Origin: Octopus sinensis
Lineage: Eukaryota
Length of the DNA: 64,000 nucleotides
Direction: 5' to 3'
Assembly: GCF_006345805.1 (NCBI RefSeq)
Contig: NC_042999.1
Coordinates: forward strand, 45,322,001-45,386,000
The notes below the pieces were generated by a model. It was not told the DNA's origin. It saw nothing but the letters and a program-made list of their open reading frames with translations, and made no database searches. The translations under genes were made by a program, and so were the position numbers. Below, one piece after another: positions 23,354 to 37,210 of the stretch; position 1 is the stretch's first letter, and the number at the start of each line of letters is the position of its first letter.

Positions 23354-24430
23354 CATTGTTATAATTTTATATATACACTATAGATTAGACTGTTGATCGT
23401 TATTATTATTATTATTATCATTATTATTATTATTATTATTATTATTGTTATTATTATTATTTCTTTTTTTTCCTTTCATGATAGAAATATTTTTATTGAT
23501 GCTAGAATGGTACTAATTGTTAACTTTTAAAAGTGATTGAATTAAAGAAGTCTGCCAGTAAACTCAAAAAGATATTTCTTTTTGCAAAGCAAGTATTATT
23601 TTTATTTAAAATGCTGCTAGGGACAGACATTGCCATTCCACTTTTTTGAAAGAATAAACTAAGAACTAATAATACATTGGTATTAACTGAATCAGCAATA
23701 ACTCCAACCTTAAAAATAATTCCCATGCCAACAGAAATCTTTATTACTGTGTTCTGTCACTTGAAAAGACAATGGTATATGAAATTTTCTTTTTTTTTCT
23801 ATAGATTCTAGAATTATTTTGCATAGCTGAAATGTCCGCCAATAAAGATACAAAGCACAGAAATAGGTTATATTTGATATTCTTGAATGAATTATTTATT
23901 TTCTTTGTGTGTGAAATATGACACTTAGCTCTTCTCTCTTTACAGTTGTCCTTGTCATCAAACATCTTTTGCCCCTAATAAAGCATCATAATATACCAGG
24001 AAATTTGAATAAATAGAAACATCTTTGATATGAAAATATTTGCAAGTTTGGGGTCAGTAACACTCTGCCTGGTGATGTGTTTGGTTTTAAGGAGGAACCT
24101 TTATGTCAAGCAAGTTTGTGTTCAGTCCAAGCTTGTGTTACAAAGCTTGTCAACTGATAGCTGCTGTAAATTTCAGCCTGATTGTGCTGATTTGCAACTT
24201 GGATCAAGGAATGGAACGATCATGAGACATCTGTGTGCCATTGAATTCAAGTGACAAAAGCTTGTACAACACTTTGCCACTCTTTCAGTCACCATAGCAC
24301 GTTCTAGTGATCAGTAGTGTAACCAGCTTCCAAAGATACAGGGAGTGAGTACATAAATAAAAGAGCCACAGTGACACATACCCAACAATTTTTAACTCAA
24401 TTCTCTTATATTACAGGGAATATTTCATTA

Positions 24431-24622
24431 ACAATTGCAGCGTGGAAGGTCGCGGTCTTATAGCGACGAAAATATTTTGACAAATTAAACTTAAATGTTG
24501 AAGTGAATGGAACGGCTTTTGTGTGTTTCTTAAATGGCTTACAAACACCTTCCACGCTGCAATTGTTTTCGTTCCAGCACACGATCTCAGATCAAATCAC
24601 TTGCTATGCAAGTACCTCTCCG
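24431..24622. mobile_element. Hairpin/MITE-like family fragment
   Basis: AACAATTGCAGCGTGGAAGGT / ACCTTCCACGCTGCAATTGTT inverted. Related to 52899-53125 and 59830-59970. Confidence 0.7.
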
Positions 24623-24713
24623 TAATATTTAATTAGTTATGATATATGTAAATTTATTCTACATTCATTAATTTCACTTTTCAGTAACAATGTCATTATG
24701 TATGAAACATACA

Positions 24714-24947
24714 AAGGCAGCGAGCTGGCAGAAACGTTAGCACGCCGGGTGAAATGCTTAGCGGTATTTCGTCTGTCTTTACGTTCTGAGTTCAAATTCC
24801 GCTGAGGTCAACTTTACCTTTCATCCTTTTGGGGTCGATAAATTAAGTACCAGTTACGCACTGGGGTCAATGTAATCGGCTTAATCCGTTTGTCTGTCCT
24901 TGTTTGTCCCCTCTGTGTTTAGCCCCTTGTGGGTAGTAAATAAATAG
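24714..24947 (+). mobile_element. SINE family A with apparent 15-bp target-site duplication
   Basis: Flanked by GTATGAAACATACAA and GTATGAAACTTACAA; the homologous site near 8320 is empty. Confidence 0.85.
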
Positions 24948-25758
24948 GTATGAAACTTACAACTACTGATATAGGTGTGATGTGAAAAAGATGAAGCTCC
25001 ACTGGATTGTCCAGTGTTGGAAGGTTACGATGTCAAGGTTTGTTTTGGCTCTTTAGATGTCAGTGACTGCTAACACATCACAGGAAATTGGGCAGACAGT
25101 TCAAAAACATGGGAAGTCAGTTGCAATAAAGTAATGGTTTAGAAGGCCATGTGATTGACAAATAAAAAGAGATTTGATTTTTATTGCACAAGTGAATTAA
25201 AGAGTTTAAAAAATTGGTGAAAAAGCACCAATTTTGAAAAAAGTTGCTTATGGGAAGTGGCTTCTCACCCTTGATCTCCTAATTACAACACCACTACCAG
25301 TGACAACCATTGTAAGATGATTGGTACAATTTTGACTGCAAATTTTATGTTAGAGTATCTTTGGCAAAAAACAAAAAAAAACGAGATTCATTTACCCCTG
25401 AGAAATATATTTAACCCATAAATAAGGCCATGACAAGTACTCCTGTTCCAGTCAGAATGGGCCTAGGAGTAATGATAATTAAGAGGCATCGCCACACTCT
25501 CCACAACTCCAGAACTTCTGAACTGGACCCTCAATCCAGTTACAGTTTAATGTTACACCCAATATATATATATATACACACACATGCACACACTCATACA
25601 TACATACATGCATACATACATACATACATGCATATATATACACACACACATGCATACATTATATACATACACACATACATACATACATACATAATACATA
25701 CATACATACAACATACATACATACATACATACATATATGTATACATATATGTATATAT

Positions 25759-25830
<72 letters not shown>

Positions 25831-26862
25831 GTTATATTACTATACAATGAAATTAACCATATATATATTTTGTTGTCATATTCAATTTTCTTGTATTTAT
25901 ATGCAAGCTTGTAGTTTTATCAAACTTTAGAATGTTACTGAAATCAATGAAAGAATATTTGACAAAAGAATTGTATTGTTCTCTGAATTTTGAACTGAAA
26001 ATTCATATTTATAGAGTAGTTTTTATTTCTAAAATAGGTGCAAGGTCTCAGATTTATATGGGCAAGGAAATGGTGAGAGTTAGGATAATTATATATATCC
26101 CAAAAGCATGAAGGACAAATGTTAGGTGATATTTGGGTCACTGGCTTAGTTCAGTCTGAGTTTATCTTTGTTCGTAACTGTTATTTTATTCCTAGTCTTT
26201 TTAAGTATTATTTAACTGAATCAAACAATACAACTAGAAAAGCTATTGAAGTGAGCTTGAGGTTTATAGAAAACAATGGGACATTGTAATAGCCTGTGAT
26301 GAAATATTAAAATTATGTATGTTTAAATAATCAGTTTTTGAACTTATTTTTATGGTTTAGTCAGAAAAGAAACAGCAGCACTTATGGTATGCTGAACTGG
26401 TAGGGGAACGGGAGATGAAAAAAATGGAGACTTGGTCTCAATACTTACAGTAGAGTGGACTCCACTGAAGGCATCAAAGAGCCAGATAATGTTAAACTGG
26501 ATAATTTTGCGATACATAAGTTTAAACTGTAGTCAAAAGCCCAAAATTAAACATTAGTGAAAGTATAAATTCAGAAAAGTGAAAATATCCTTGGATAAAA
26601 TGAGCTTTTTATCTTTTTCTATCTTCTACATATCACAGTTATTGGACTCAAGGTTTAGTTGAACAAGTAATGTCCAGTGCTTATTTTCTTATCAAATGCT
26701 GATACTTATTCTATCAGTCACTTTTGGTGAACTGCTAAGTTACGGGAATGTAAACAAACACCACTGGTTGTCATGCAATGGCTGGAGACAAACACAGCAC
26801 AAAGACAGACACACATTGATATATACATACTTATACATATATGTATACATAGATATACATAC

Positions 26863-26937
<75 letters not shown>

Positions 26938-27014
26938 TCCTTTGAGTTTCTTTGCCCTAGGAGTCGGGAAGACACTCGGCAAGAAATGGAAGCAAATTTG
27001 AAAGAAGAAAAAAA

Positions 27015-27345
27015 AAATAATAATAATAAAAATGATGATGATGATGATGATGAGGATGATGATGATGACAATGATGATGATGATTATGATGAAAATGATG
27101 ATGATGATGATGACAATGACGACGACGATAGTGATGACAACGGCGATGACGACGACAACGATGACGATGATGAGGATATTAATAATAATATTGATGACAA
27201 CAACAATGGCGACGAGAATTATGATGATGATGATGATTGTTATTTGCTTTTTTAGCCACAAATAATAAAAAAAAAATATACAGAAAAATATATAATGTTC
27301 ACTAGAGTATTCGTAAAGAAAGGAATAGGGAGTACATGGCTGATA
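27015..27345 (-). repeat. Right arm of the long inverted duplication
   Basis: Reverse complement of 22821-23185. Confidence 0.85.
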
Positions 27346-27756
27346 TATATATATATATGATGGGATTCTTTCTGTTTCTGTTACAAAATCAACTCGCAAG
27401 CATTTGGTCATCCCAGGGATAGAGCAGAAGATACTTTCCTAAAGTGTCACACTGTGGGGCTGAACTCAAGACCACTAAGTTGGGAAGCAAGATTCTGAAC
27501 CTCACTGTCACATTTTTAAATACCTAATTGCTTTCAGTTCATGAATAAGAGGCTTGAACTAATCCAATGGGATACCTTCACTTTTTAATCTTGGAACATC
27601 ATAAACTGAAGCAAAGGTGGGAAAAAAAAAACTCTGTGCCAATGGATTGTGAGGGCCACTTGGAATCTAAGAGTGAAAACGATAAGGAGATATTTTCCTT
27701 AGTGTTGATAAAGAAATAGTTTCAGGCCTAGGCAGTAAATTTCTAGGGTTTCCTTG

Positions 27757-27818
<62 letters not shown>

Positions 27819-27842
27819 TATACATATATATATATATGTATG

Positions 27843-27881
<39 letters not shown>

Positions 27882-28399
27882 ATCCCTTAAAACAGAAAAC
27901 ATTAATGAGATTAATGTGGTTGATTTTCAACTTGAACTTCTGCAGGTCAATGTTTTTAGGGAAAATATGGAGTGGGCAGAAGATCTTGGAGATTACAGTT
28001 CCAATGGGGAAAAGAATGAATGTGTTTAGTAGAGGGGTGACTGAATTGTGAGATACAGAAGAAATGAGAGGAAGAGAAAGACAGAAGCATTAAGAAATAT
28101 TTTGATGGGTGAAGTACATGTGATAATTCAAAGGAGGGAGGAAGGTGTTATAGAAATGGCAGAAGAGTGAGGGAGAGAGAGAGAGAGAGAGGGATATGAT
28201 TCAGTGCATCTGTGACTTTGTGGTTTGGGGTATGGTTCTTTGTGTTATATTTGAAGTGTATAAGGTTAATAGTTGGTGAGAATATCTGGACAGGAAAAAT
28301 TGCCAGAGTAATGCCATTTAGTGATGAAAGATTGCATATTTTGCTTTAGTGCTGAAGTTAAGAATTAAGATAGAGAGTGCATGGCAAAAACTGAACAAA

Positions 28400-28408
28400 C
28401 AGATATAC

Positions 28409-28439
<31 letters not shown>

Positions 28440-28540
28440 TGTATGTATGTATGTATGTATGTATGTATGTATGTATGTATGTATGTATGTATGTATGTGT
28501 GTGTGTGTATGTATGTATGTATGTATGTATGTATCTATCT
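28400..28540. repeat. (ATGT)n microsatellite, followed by a ~0.8-kb TA/CA/TG mosaic to ~29190
   Basis: Direct reading. Confidence 0.9.
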
Positions 28541-28581
28541 ATCTATATGTATATATGCATGTTTGTGTGCATGTATTTGTG

Positions 28582-28631
<50 letters not shown>

Positions 28632-28786
28632 GAGAGAGAGAGAGATTTTAGATATAGATAAAGATATTTATTATGTATGTATATAAATATATATATTTAT
28701 ATACATATATATATACATACACATTATACATACATACATACACACATACATATATATATATATATATATGTGTGTGTATATATATA

Positions 28787-28860
<74 letters not shown>

Positions 28861-29114
28861 TATATATATATACATACATACGTATATATGTATACACACA
28901 CACACACACATGCATGTAAGAGATTTTGTAAGTATCCACTTTGCTTATACATATATATATATATATACATATATATATATTATACATATGTATATATATT
29001 TGTATGTGTATATATATACATATATAAATGTATATATATGAATATATATATATATATATATTATATATACATATACATATGTATACACACACATACACAC
29101 AAACACATCTATAT

Positions 29115-29149
<35 letters not shown>

Positions 29150-29950
29150 ACAGACATATGCACACACGTATATATATATTGCACACACATTGATGGTAGT
29201 TTGGGAATAATAGCTGGGTGAAAGTATTCTAATCAGATATTTTCCTCTAGTAGTATACAGTATACTTCTTTTTTTGACTTTTTGGCTTTTGTTTTGTGTA
29301 GCTGCGATGCATTGCAAGATTTCAGATATAAGAGAAGAGATATACATGAAAGCAACACAGCAATTAATGGTGTAACAGAACCTGTAGATCTGCTTGATCA
29401 GAAAGGTTTTGTCCAGTTTTGATGTTTAAGCCATAATACATTTTGTAGCTGGTGCTAACTATGAGAAAATTTCCATTGATGTTCGGCAGAACTTTATGGG
29501 GCATCATTTAGCAAAAGAAAAAAGTATAAAAGTATATATATATATATATATATAAAAAGGGAACATTTTTCTTTCTGTTTTTTCTTTTCTTTTTTTTTTC
29601 CTTTTTTGTCTTTTAGTTTGAAGACCACAAAATATAAATGTTTAAGTCAACTGTTTGTTTTATTGATTTTTGGATTAAAGTGTTGCAGATGTTATGCCGG
29701 AGGAATTATATTTGAAGAAAGACTGTTAAAAAGAGCTGCAGCAACTTAAAATAAATAAATAAATAAATAAATAGAATGAAAATAAAATATACAAAAAAAA
29801 AGACAACAACAGCTGCATAAATTGGCAGCCAGTGAGTTTTCTTGTTGGTATCTACATATGCTATTGAAATATAAATGTCCATTGCTTGAATCAACAGAAT
29901 CATAGAAATTGCTATATATAGAATGTTATGATTGGTTTTCTCATATATAC

Positions 29951-30044
<94 letters not shown>

Positions 30045-31214
30045 ATATATATATAGTAAATAATTAAAAGGGCGGGCAACAGGCTGCTTCGCCGCATACC
30101 GAAAATATATATATATTCATAAATACACATATTTATGTATATATGTGTGTGTATACATGCCTACGTATATATATATATATATATTCATACACACACATAT
30201 TTATGTATATATGTGTGTGTGTACATACATACATACGCATATATATATATATATATATGCATACGAAAAATTATAAGATATAAAAATATCTTACTTTCTT
30301 TATATAAAGCCTAAGAAGTTGAAATCATTGACACAAATGACTATAAGCTGGAGATAGACGTCCTTTTATAGAACACTTTGGAGGGATGAGAAAAATGATT
30401 TTGTTTTTGTGGGGAGAGGAAGCTAGTCTGTTTACAGTTAACTTTCCCTGCAGATGCAACTCAGTTTATAATTATAACTGACAGTCATCAGTTTTAGGGT
30501 ACTGTCATCACTAACAGCAGAGAGATTTTCCAACCCTGTATCTGGTTAGTGGACTTAGTCATTTGATCAGTAACAATGTTTATAACAAGGAACAGCATGG
30601 TTCATGATCTGGCAACAGAACCTAAATTAATTGTATATATTGTCTAACCCCATGTTGGCCCTAATGGAACATCTGAACAATAGAGTTCTTTGTTGAAAGC
30701 TTCCTATGGAGTTATCACTACCTCACTACATTTATACTAGTGAGAATGTCAAATATCACAACTCACATGAAACAAAAACCACAAAGTACTTTGTTCAAAA
30801 TCATGCTTTTAATGATTCTTTGACTCATGTTCACATATTTTGCTGATAAACATCACCAAAAGATATACATACCATATTTTCTGGTACACAAGTCAAATTT
30901 TTCAGACCAAAATTTACTGTCAAGAAAGGTAGGAATACTTACACTAAAACAAATTTGGGGGACTGAAAATTCCATATGAAAAGCAGCAGGATTTTGAAAG
31001 ATTATGACAATATTTTGGTATATTTTTATAGGTCAGGCATTACTGTGTGGTAAGAAGTTTGCTTTTTAATGACTTGGTTCCAGGTTCAGTCCCACTGCAT
31101 GGCATCTTGAGCAAGTGACTTCAGTGATAGCCTTGGGCTGACCAAAGCCTTGAGTGGATTTGGTACATAGAAACAGAAAAGCCCATCATGTGTGTGTGTG
31201 TGTGTGTGTTTCTG

Positions 31215-31699
31215 TGTGTGTGTGTTTCTGTGTGCGTGTGTCTGTCTTTGTCCCACCACCATCACTCAACAACAGGTGTGGGTGTGTTTATGTGTGTGTA
31301 ACTTAACAGTTCAGTAAAAAGAAACTGGTAGACTAGGCTTTAAAAAAAAGTTAGAAAACAAGCCCTAGAATCAGTTTGTTCAATGAAAACCCTTCAAGGC
31401 AGTGCCCCAGCATGGCCATAGTTTAATGACTGAAATAAAAGATATCTGAATGTTTACTCTATGTCTTTACACCAGTGCTCCACAACTTTTTTTCACTTGC
31501 AGTACACATATTCTTTTCAAACAATTACAGTACATAGGCGCAGGAGTGGCTGTGTGGTAAATAGCTTGCTTACCAACCACATGGTTCTGGGTTCAATCCC
31601 ACTGCGTGGCACCTTGGGCAAGTGTCTTCTACTATAGCCTTGTGCCGACCAGAGCCTTGTGAGTGGATTTGGTAGATGGAAACTGAAAGAAGCCCATCG

Positions 31700-31765
<66 letters not shown>

Positions 31766-32238
31766 TTCTGTGTGCGTGTGTCTGTCTTTGTCCCACCACC
31801 ATCACTCAACAACAGGTGTGGGTGTGTTTATGTGTGTGTAACTTAACAGTTCAGTAAAAAGAAACTGGTAGACTAGGCTTTAAAAAAAAGTTAGAAAACA
31901 AGCCCTAGAATCAGTTTGTTCAATGAAAACCCTTCAAGGCAGTGCCCCAGCATGGCCATAGTTTAATGACTGAAATAAAAGATATCTGAATGTTTACTCT
32001 ATGTCTTTACACCAGTGCTCCACAACTTTTTTTCACTTGCAGTACACATATTCTTTTCAAACAATTACAGTACATAGGCGCAGGAGTGGCTGTGTGGTAA
32101 ATAGCTTGCTTACCAACCACATGGTTCTGGGTTCAATCCCACTGCGTGGCACCTTGGGCAAGTGTCTTCTACTATAGCCTTGTGCCAACCAGAGCCTTGT
32201 GAGTGGATTTGGTAGATGGAAACTGAAAGAAGCCCATC

Positions 32239-32240
<2 letters not shown>
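31215..32240 (+). repeat. 540-bp near-identical tandem duplication
   Basis: 31215-31700 equals 31755-32240 apart from G31647/A32187; both breakpoints lie inside family B SINEs. Confidence 0.92.
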
Positions 32241-32281
<41 letters not shown>

Positions 32282-32480
32282 TATGTATGTATGTGTGTGT
32301 ATATGTTTGTGTGTCCATGTTTGTCCCCCACAACATCGCTTGACAACTGATGTTGAAGTGATCACAGAGCTATGCGAGATTAAGTGTTTTGCTCAAGAAC
32401 TCAACGCCCCACTCGGTGTGAGAATTGAAATCACAATCACTAGATTGTGAGTCCAACACCCTAACCACTGGGTCATGTGC

Positions 32481-32516
<36 letters not shown>

Positions 32517-32526
32517 TCATTATATA

Positions 32527-32884
32527 TACAGTGTACATTTAAACACATAAGAGATGGCCATAATCGGACATCTAAACCGCTAGGAGGAGTTAAAATCCAA
32601 ACCCCAATTAGGGGTCATTTCGGAAGGAAATGAAAAATAAAAACACTTACCATCTATTTCCTGAACCATGGTTTCAAGCTATCTTCAGCAATAAAGCTTT
32701 GCCCAGCAAATTACTTTATTTGCTGAAGATAGCTTGAAACCATGGTCCAGGAAATAGATGGTAAATGTTTTTATTTTTCATTTCCTTTCGAAATTACCCC
32801 TAATAATGGTTTGGATTTTAACTCCTTCTAGAGGTTTAGATGTCTAATTATGGCAATCTCTTATGTATTTAAATGTACATTGTA
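32527..32884. mobile_element. Foldback element with ~170-bp arms, each carrying a hammerhead-like motif
   Basis: 32527-32696 vs 32714-32884 at ~93% identity, in (TA)n. CTGAAGA-TAGCTT-GAAA-CCATGG-TC/TT reads outward in both arms. Confidence 0.8.
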
Positions 32885-33317
32885 TATATAATGAATAATA
32901 TATAGTCTATTGACTAGTTTTTCTATATGCTAGGCCACAGTGGTAAAAAAATTCTAAATAATATTTTACTACTCTGAAATTTATTAATATATATATATGT
33001 GTGTGTGTGTGCGTGCATGTGTGTGTGTGTGTGTGTGTGTATGAAAATTAAATAAATGACAAAGGAACAGGAACTTAGGTAATGAACAGCTGTTTCTGCT
33101 ATAAGGTGTAGTGCACTCAGAGCTGAGAGCTTGTGCATCACTTTATAGTTTCTTTGGAGCTTCAAAAATGAAGTGCAAGTGTACTTGAGAAGTCATTTAC
33201 AAATATAGAGCATTTACAGGGTGAAGGATTGGAAGTGGCAGATGAAATGCCTTGTAGCATTTGTCTTTCATCCCTTCAGGGATGCAATTTTCTTGTATTC
33301 AAGAAAGCAAAATAGTT

Positions 33318-33353
<36 letters not shown>

Positions 33354-34337
33354 ATTTTCCTTCCTTTGTCATGATGTTCAAAAAGTTGATTTTATTGTAT
33401 GTGGTTATTTTCTTGTCTACTTTTGAATCTACACAGACCCCTACTTAGTGAACCAAAGACCACTACTTGAAAAACATTGAACAAGGGTATCATTATATTT
33501 TACTGGTTTCAGGGATTTGACAATGGTTATGTTGGAATACCACCTTCCAGTTTATAGTTCATTACATATAAATCCCAGTCGATACTATTTCATTGGCTTC
33601 AGAAGCAAAGATGAAAAGAAAAAAAAAAAGAAAAATAACCCGCATGAGATTCAAACAATGAATGTCAAGATATGCAGCCAGGAATTTTGTCTGATATTAC
33701 ACTGATATGGTATTTAATTAAATCAAATGATAATTATTTTATCAAGCATTGAAGGGTGGAAATAAAAGATGACATGCATAGTCTTTGAACAATGAGTATG
33801 AAAATTATGTAGTCAGGTATTTTGTCTAATATTCCACTGATACTAATGTCCATCTGCTATCTTATTCTTGTTTTCATAGAAAAGTAAATGCAAAACAATA
33901 ACAAAGAGAAACATTTCATCTTTTCAAAAATTTGCTCATTATTTTTGAGGTTTCTTGAGGTCACACTGAAAATTTCTTGAACAAAATGGCTAAGTAGAAT
34001 GTGATGTAGTATCAGCTCACAAGTCCATAAATGTTGAGTTCAAATTAATCTGCATGCATTTTGTTCAGTATTTGGGAAGGGCATTTGATTCTACAAAACT
34101 CAGTTTATTCCAGTGTTAAGGTTATGTATCAGAAAAGGAAGAAATTTTGACCGATGGCCTATTCAAAGAGAACATTTACTTATCATCTTAGACTGGACTG
34201 ACCTACATCAAGCTTGCATCCTATATAAGGGTTTATTAGTCTATGATCCAATTAACAAGATAATGAAGTTATTTAGCAGTATCATTTCACTTCTTTGACA
34301 GAATTGTGCTTCTTTTGTAGCTAACTTTATAACGCTA

Positions 34338-34373
<36 letters not shown>

Positions 34374-36442
34374 GTTTAACGTCTGATGATGATGATGATG
34401 GTGAGGATGATGATGATGATGATGCTGATGATGAATAGCTATTAAAATTACTAAGTCTTACTTTTCATTTTGTGGTAATGTCACATTTTATTACATTTTC
34501 CCAGCCATTTTACTCTTAGAAACCCTTGAAAAAAATTCTGTGTTTCAGAAAACTCCTACAAAACAGTAATTATATATCTTTGTAAAGCACATTTCTTTCT
34601 CTTTCATAAACATAAATTTCAAAGAGGATTGAACAAATCTGAAAACTGTCTTTGAAAAGTTTGCTAGTTTTAAATCCATTAAATTCCACAAAGTATGTTT
34701 TAGAAATTTCATTTTAATCAAGAACTTCCTTAAAACAAATCTTCCTACAATTTTTCCCTTAACAAATAAATTTTTTCCCCTGGGGTCTTTTTATTAGCTA
34801 GAGATGCCAGGATTTTCTTAGCTAAGGAATATTTACTGTGCATGTAAAATAAAATTTAAAATATAGAATTAAACACAAAAATGCATTTGTGTATATATGC
34901 ATGTATTATCTATATTATTATATATTATATATATTATTTGCAGATAATTATATATATTTGTATGTAACTATATATATTTTTATGTAATTATATATAAATT
35001 TGTATATAATTAAACAATTAATTTTAACACTATTTTTCATGGAATCCCTTAATGTTTCTCATGGGACCCTTGGTTTTCAGGGGACCCTGGTTGAGTTATA
35101 TCAGTCTATAATGTGTAGAATGATGAGAAGCTGGCCAAGTGAATAAAAGTTGAGATACTTTCAGTTTGATACAACCTACCACTTACCATCAACAGTTATT
35201 GCATTACATACAATAAAATTGCATGCTTCTGGTTTTGTTGTCTCTTGTCTATACAATTATTGCATTATAACTAAAACTCGTGTCTATATTCGCAGACAAT
35301 TTTTGTGTCCTTTAAACAACAATTTTTAATTTAATCATTTTCCTGGAAATTTTTTTATATCTTCTTGCATTTCTTTACCATCCATAAACAACAAATGACA
35401 TTAAACGTTATACATTGATGTCAGTATCTGTCAACTAAACGGACACTTTTTATTACCACTTCATATATAGGTTTTATAGCACAGTAAAAAAAAAACTTGT
35501 TTTATTTCTACTTTTCACTTGGTCATTCGATTCTTCAAAAGAGAAGTTATGACATAAGGAAATCGATATTAGTAAAAATGAAAAAAAAAATTAAGTAATC
35601 AATAAAATATAAACTGAGATGGATTGACAGTATAAGTAGTACAAAGAACAAAGCTGTCGTATTTTGAGTGGGTCATTTTGCCAACAAGAAACACACACCA
35701 GTTCTATTTTACTTCTTTTTATTATTGTAAGTCAACAAACTAATTAATTATCCACCTAACTTATCAATTACTTGATTTATAGTTTAATTGATCAATCAGT
35801 TAATTTGTCATCTTTTTGTCGCCACTTGCAACCACATCAATGACCTATCCTTGTTAATCCAAAAATGCAAACTATTTTTATGTATTTGAGGAGAGATGAG
35901 TTGTGATGTTTTAAATAGGTTTTTTTTTTTTTACTTAATTGAGATTATGGCAAATGTATTTATTTTAAGAAATTTATAATAATCACTAGCTGACACTGTG
36001 CCATCAAAAATGACAGCTAATTGTAGTATCTTATATATAAATAAGGTATAAAATAAGGTACATAATAACCACAGATACAAACATTCACATACTTCCTTTG
36101 TACATGCACACACATACAAATATATATTCAAACAGAGTTGAAATGCTGTTTGATTTTTCTTTTCAGCATTGAACATTCACCATCGCATTTCCATTGCACA
36201 CACACACACACACACACACATTCACATACCTCCCTTTTACATACACACACATATACTCCCTCACAGTTGAAACGCTGATTTTTTTCACCCCTTCCTTTCT
36301 TCATTACTATTACTTTCTCTTACTCTCTCTCAGTCAGGGGCCATTATTCTCACTACTTCTCCTTCACTGAATTACTATTTTCTCTCCTCTTCCTTCACTT
36401 ATACTACTCTTTCTCCTACTCCTACTCCTACTCTGTGATTTT

Positions 36443-36492
<50 letters not shown>

Positions 36493-36789
36493 GTTAAATA
36501 CTATTGGATTTTACTCAAAAGGTATTGGAATCTTATATATATATCGTTCTGCCTAAAAAAATGGATCTACAAATGCAATATCCATACATATCTCACATCT
36601 ATTTTCTTTTATTTCCTCCACTTCACTCTCTATTTTATACCTTATCTAAATTAACTATTTCTTAACCATCCTCTCACTCCATCTGCGATGAAGCCTTATA
36701 ATAAATATCCTGGAAACAGCTGTAAGACCTTCTATCTATAAATGTTCTAAAATCTACACAGCCTTGGTTTTCTATCTCATTACCACACA

Positions 36790-37210
36790 GGAGTGGCTGT
36801 GTGGTAAGTAGCTTGCTTACCAACCACATGGTTCTGGGTTCAGTCCCACTGCATGGCACCTTGGGCAAGTGTCTTCTACTATAGCCTCGGACAGACCAAA
36901 GCCTTGTGAGTGGATTTGGTAGACGAACTTGAAAGAAGCCCGTCGCATATATGTATATGTATATATATATGTATGTGTGTGTATATGTTTGTGTGTGTGT
37001 ATATGTTTGTGTATCTGTGTTTGTCCCCCCCAACATCACTTGACAACTAATGGCGGTGTGTTTACATCCCCGTAATCTAGCAGTTCAGCAAAGGAGACTG
37101 ATAGAATAAGTACTAGGCTTACAAAGAATAAGTCCTGGGGGCGATTTGCTCGGCTAAAGGCGGTGCTCCAGCATGACCACAGTCAAATGACTGAAACAAG
37201 TAAAAGAGAG
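36790..37210 (+). mobile_element. SINE family B
   Basis: Full head-to-tail match to 21225-21625. Confidence 0.85.

Larger units (their letters stand above)
23520..25421 (+). pseudogene. F-box/LRR-like pseudogene, copy 2
   Basis: One frame runs 24030-24344, then a phase-0 GTGAGT...AG intron (24345-24974), then 24975-25421, broken only by nonsense codons. Contains SLDVSDC*HIT (cysteine-containing LRR pattern) and ELKSLKIG. Upstream MPTEIFITVFCHL (23725-23763) resembles an F-box start. Confidence 0.5.

Noticed and set aside
24978-24980. TGA shared by both pseudogene copies as possible selenocysteine
   Set aside because: More simply a CGA>TGA change or inherited nonsense codon; many other stops are present and no SECIS was seen.
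24975-25010. Minus-strand GQSSGASS resembling an esterase GxSxG motif
   Set aside because: In-frame stops upstream in both paralogues; the plus frame explains the conservation better.
30500-30550. Possible small exon TTTTAG|GGTACTG...TCTG|GTTAGT
   Set aside because: Splice-like motifs alone are common; no protein similarity could be recognised.
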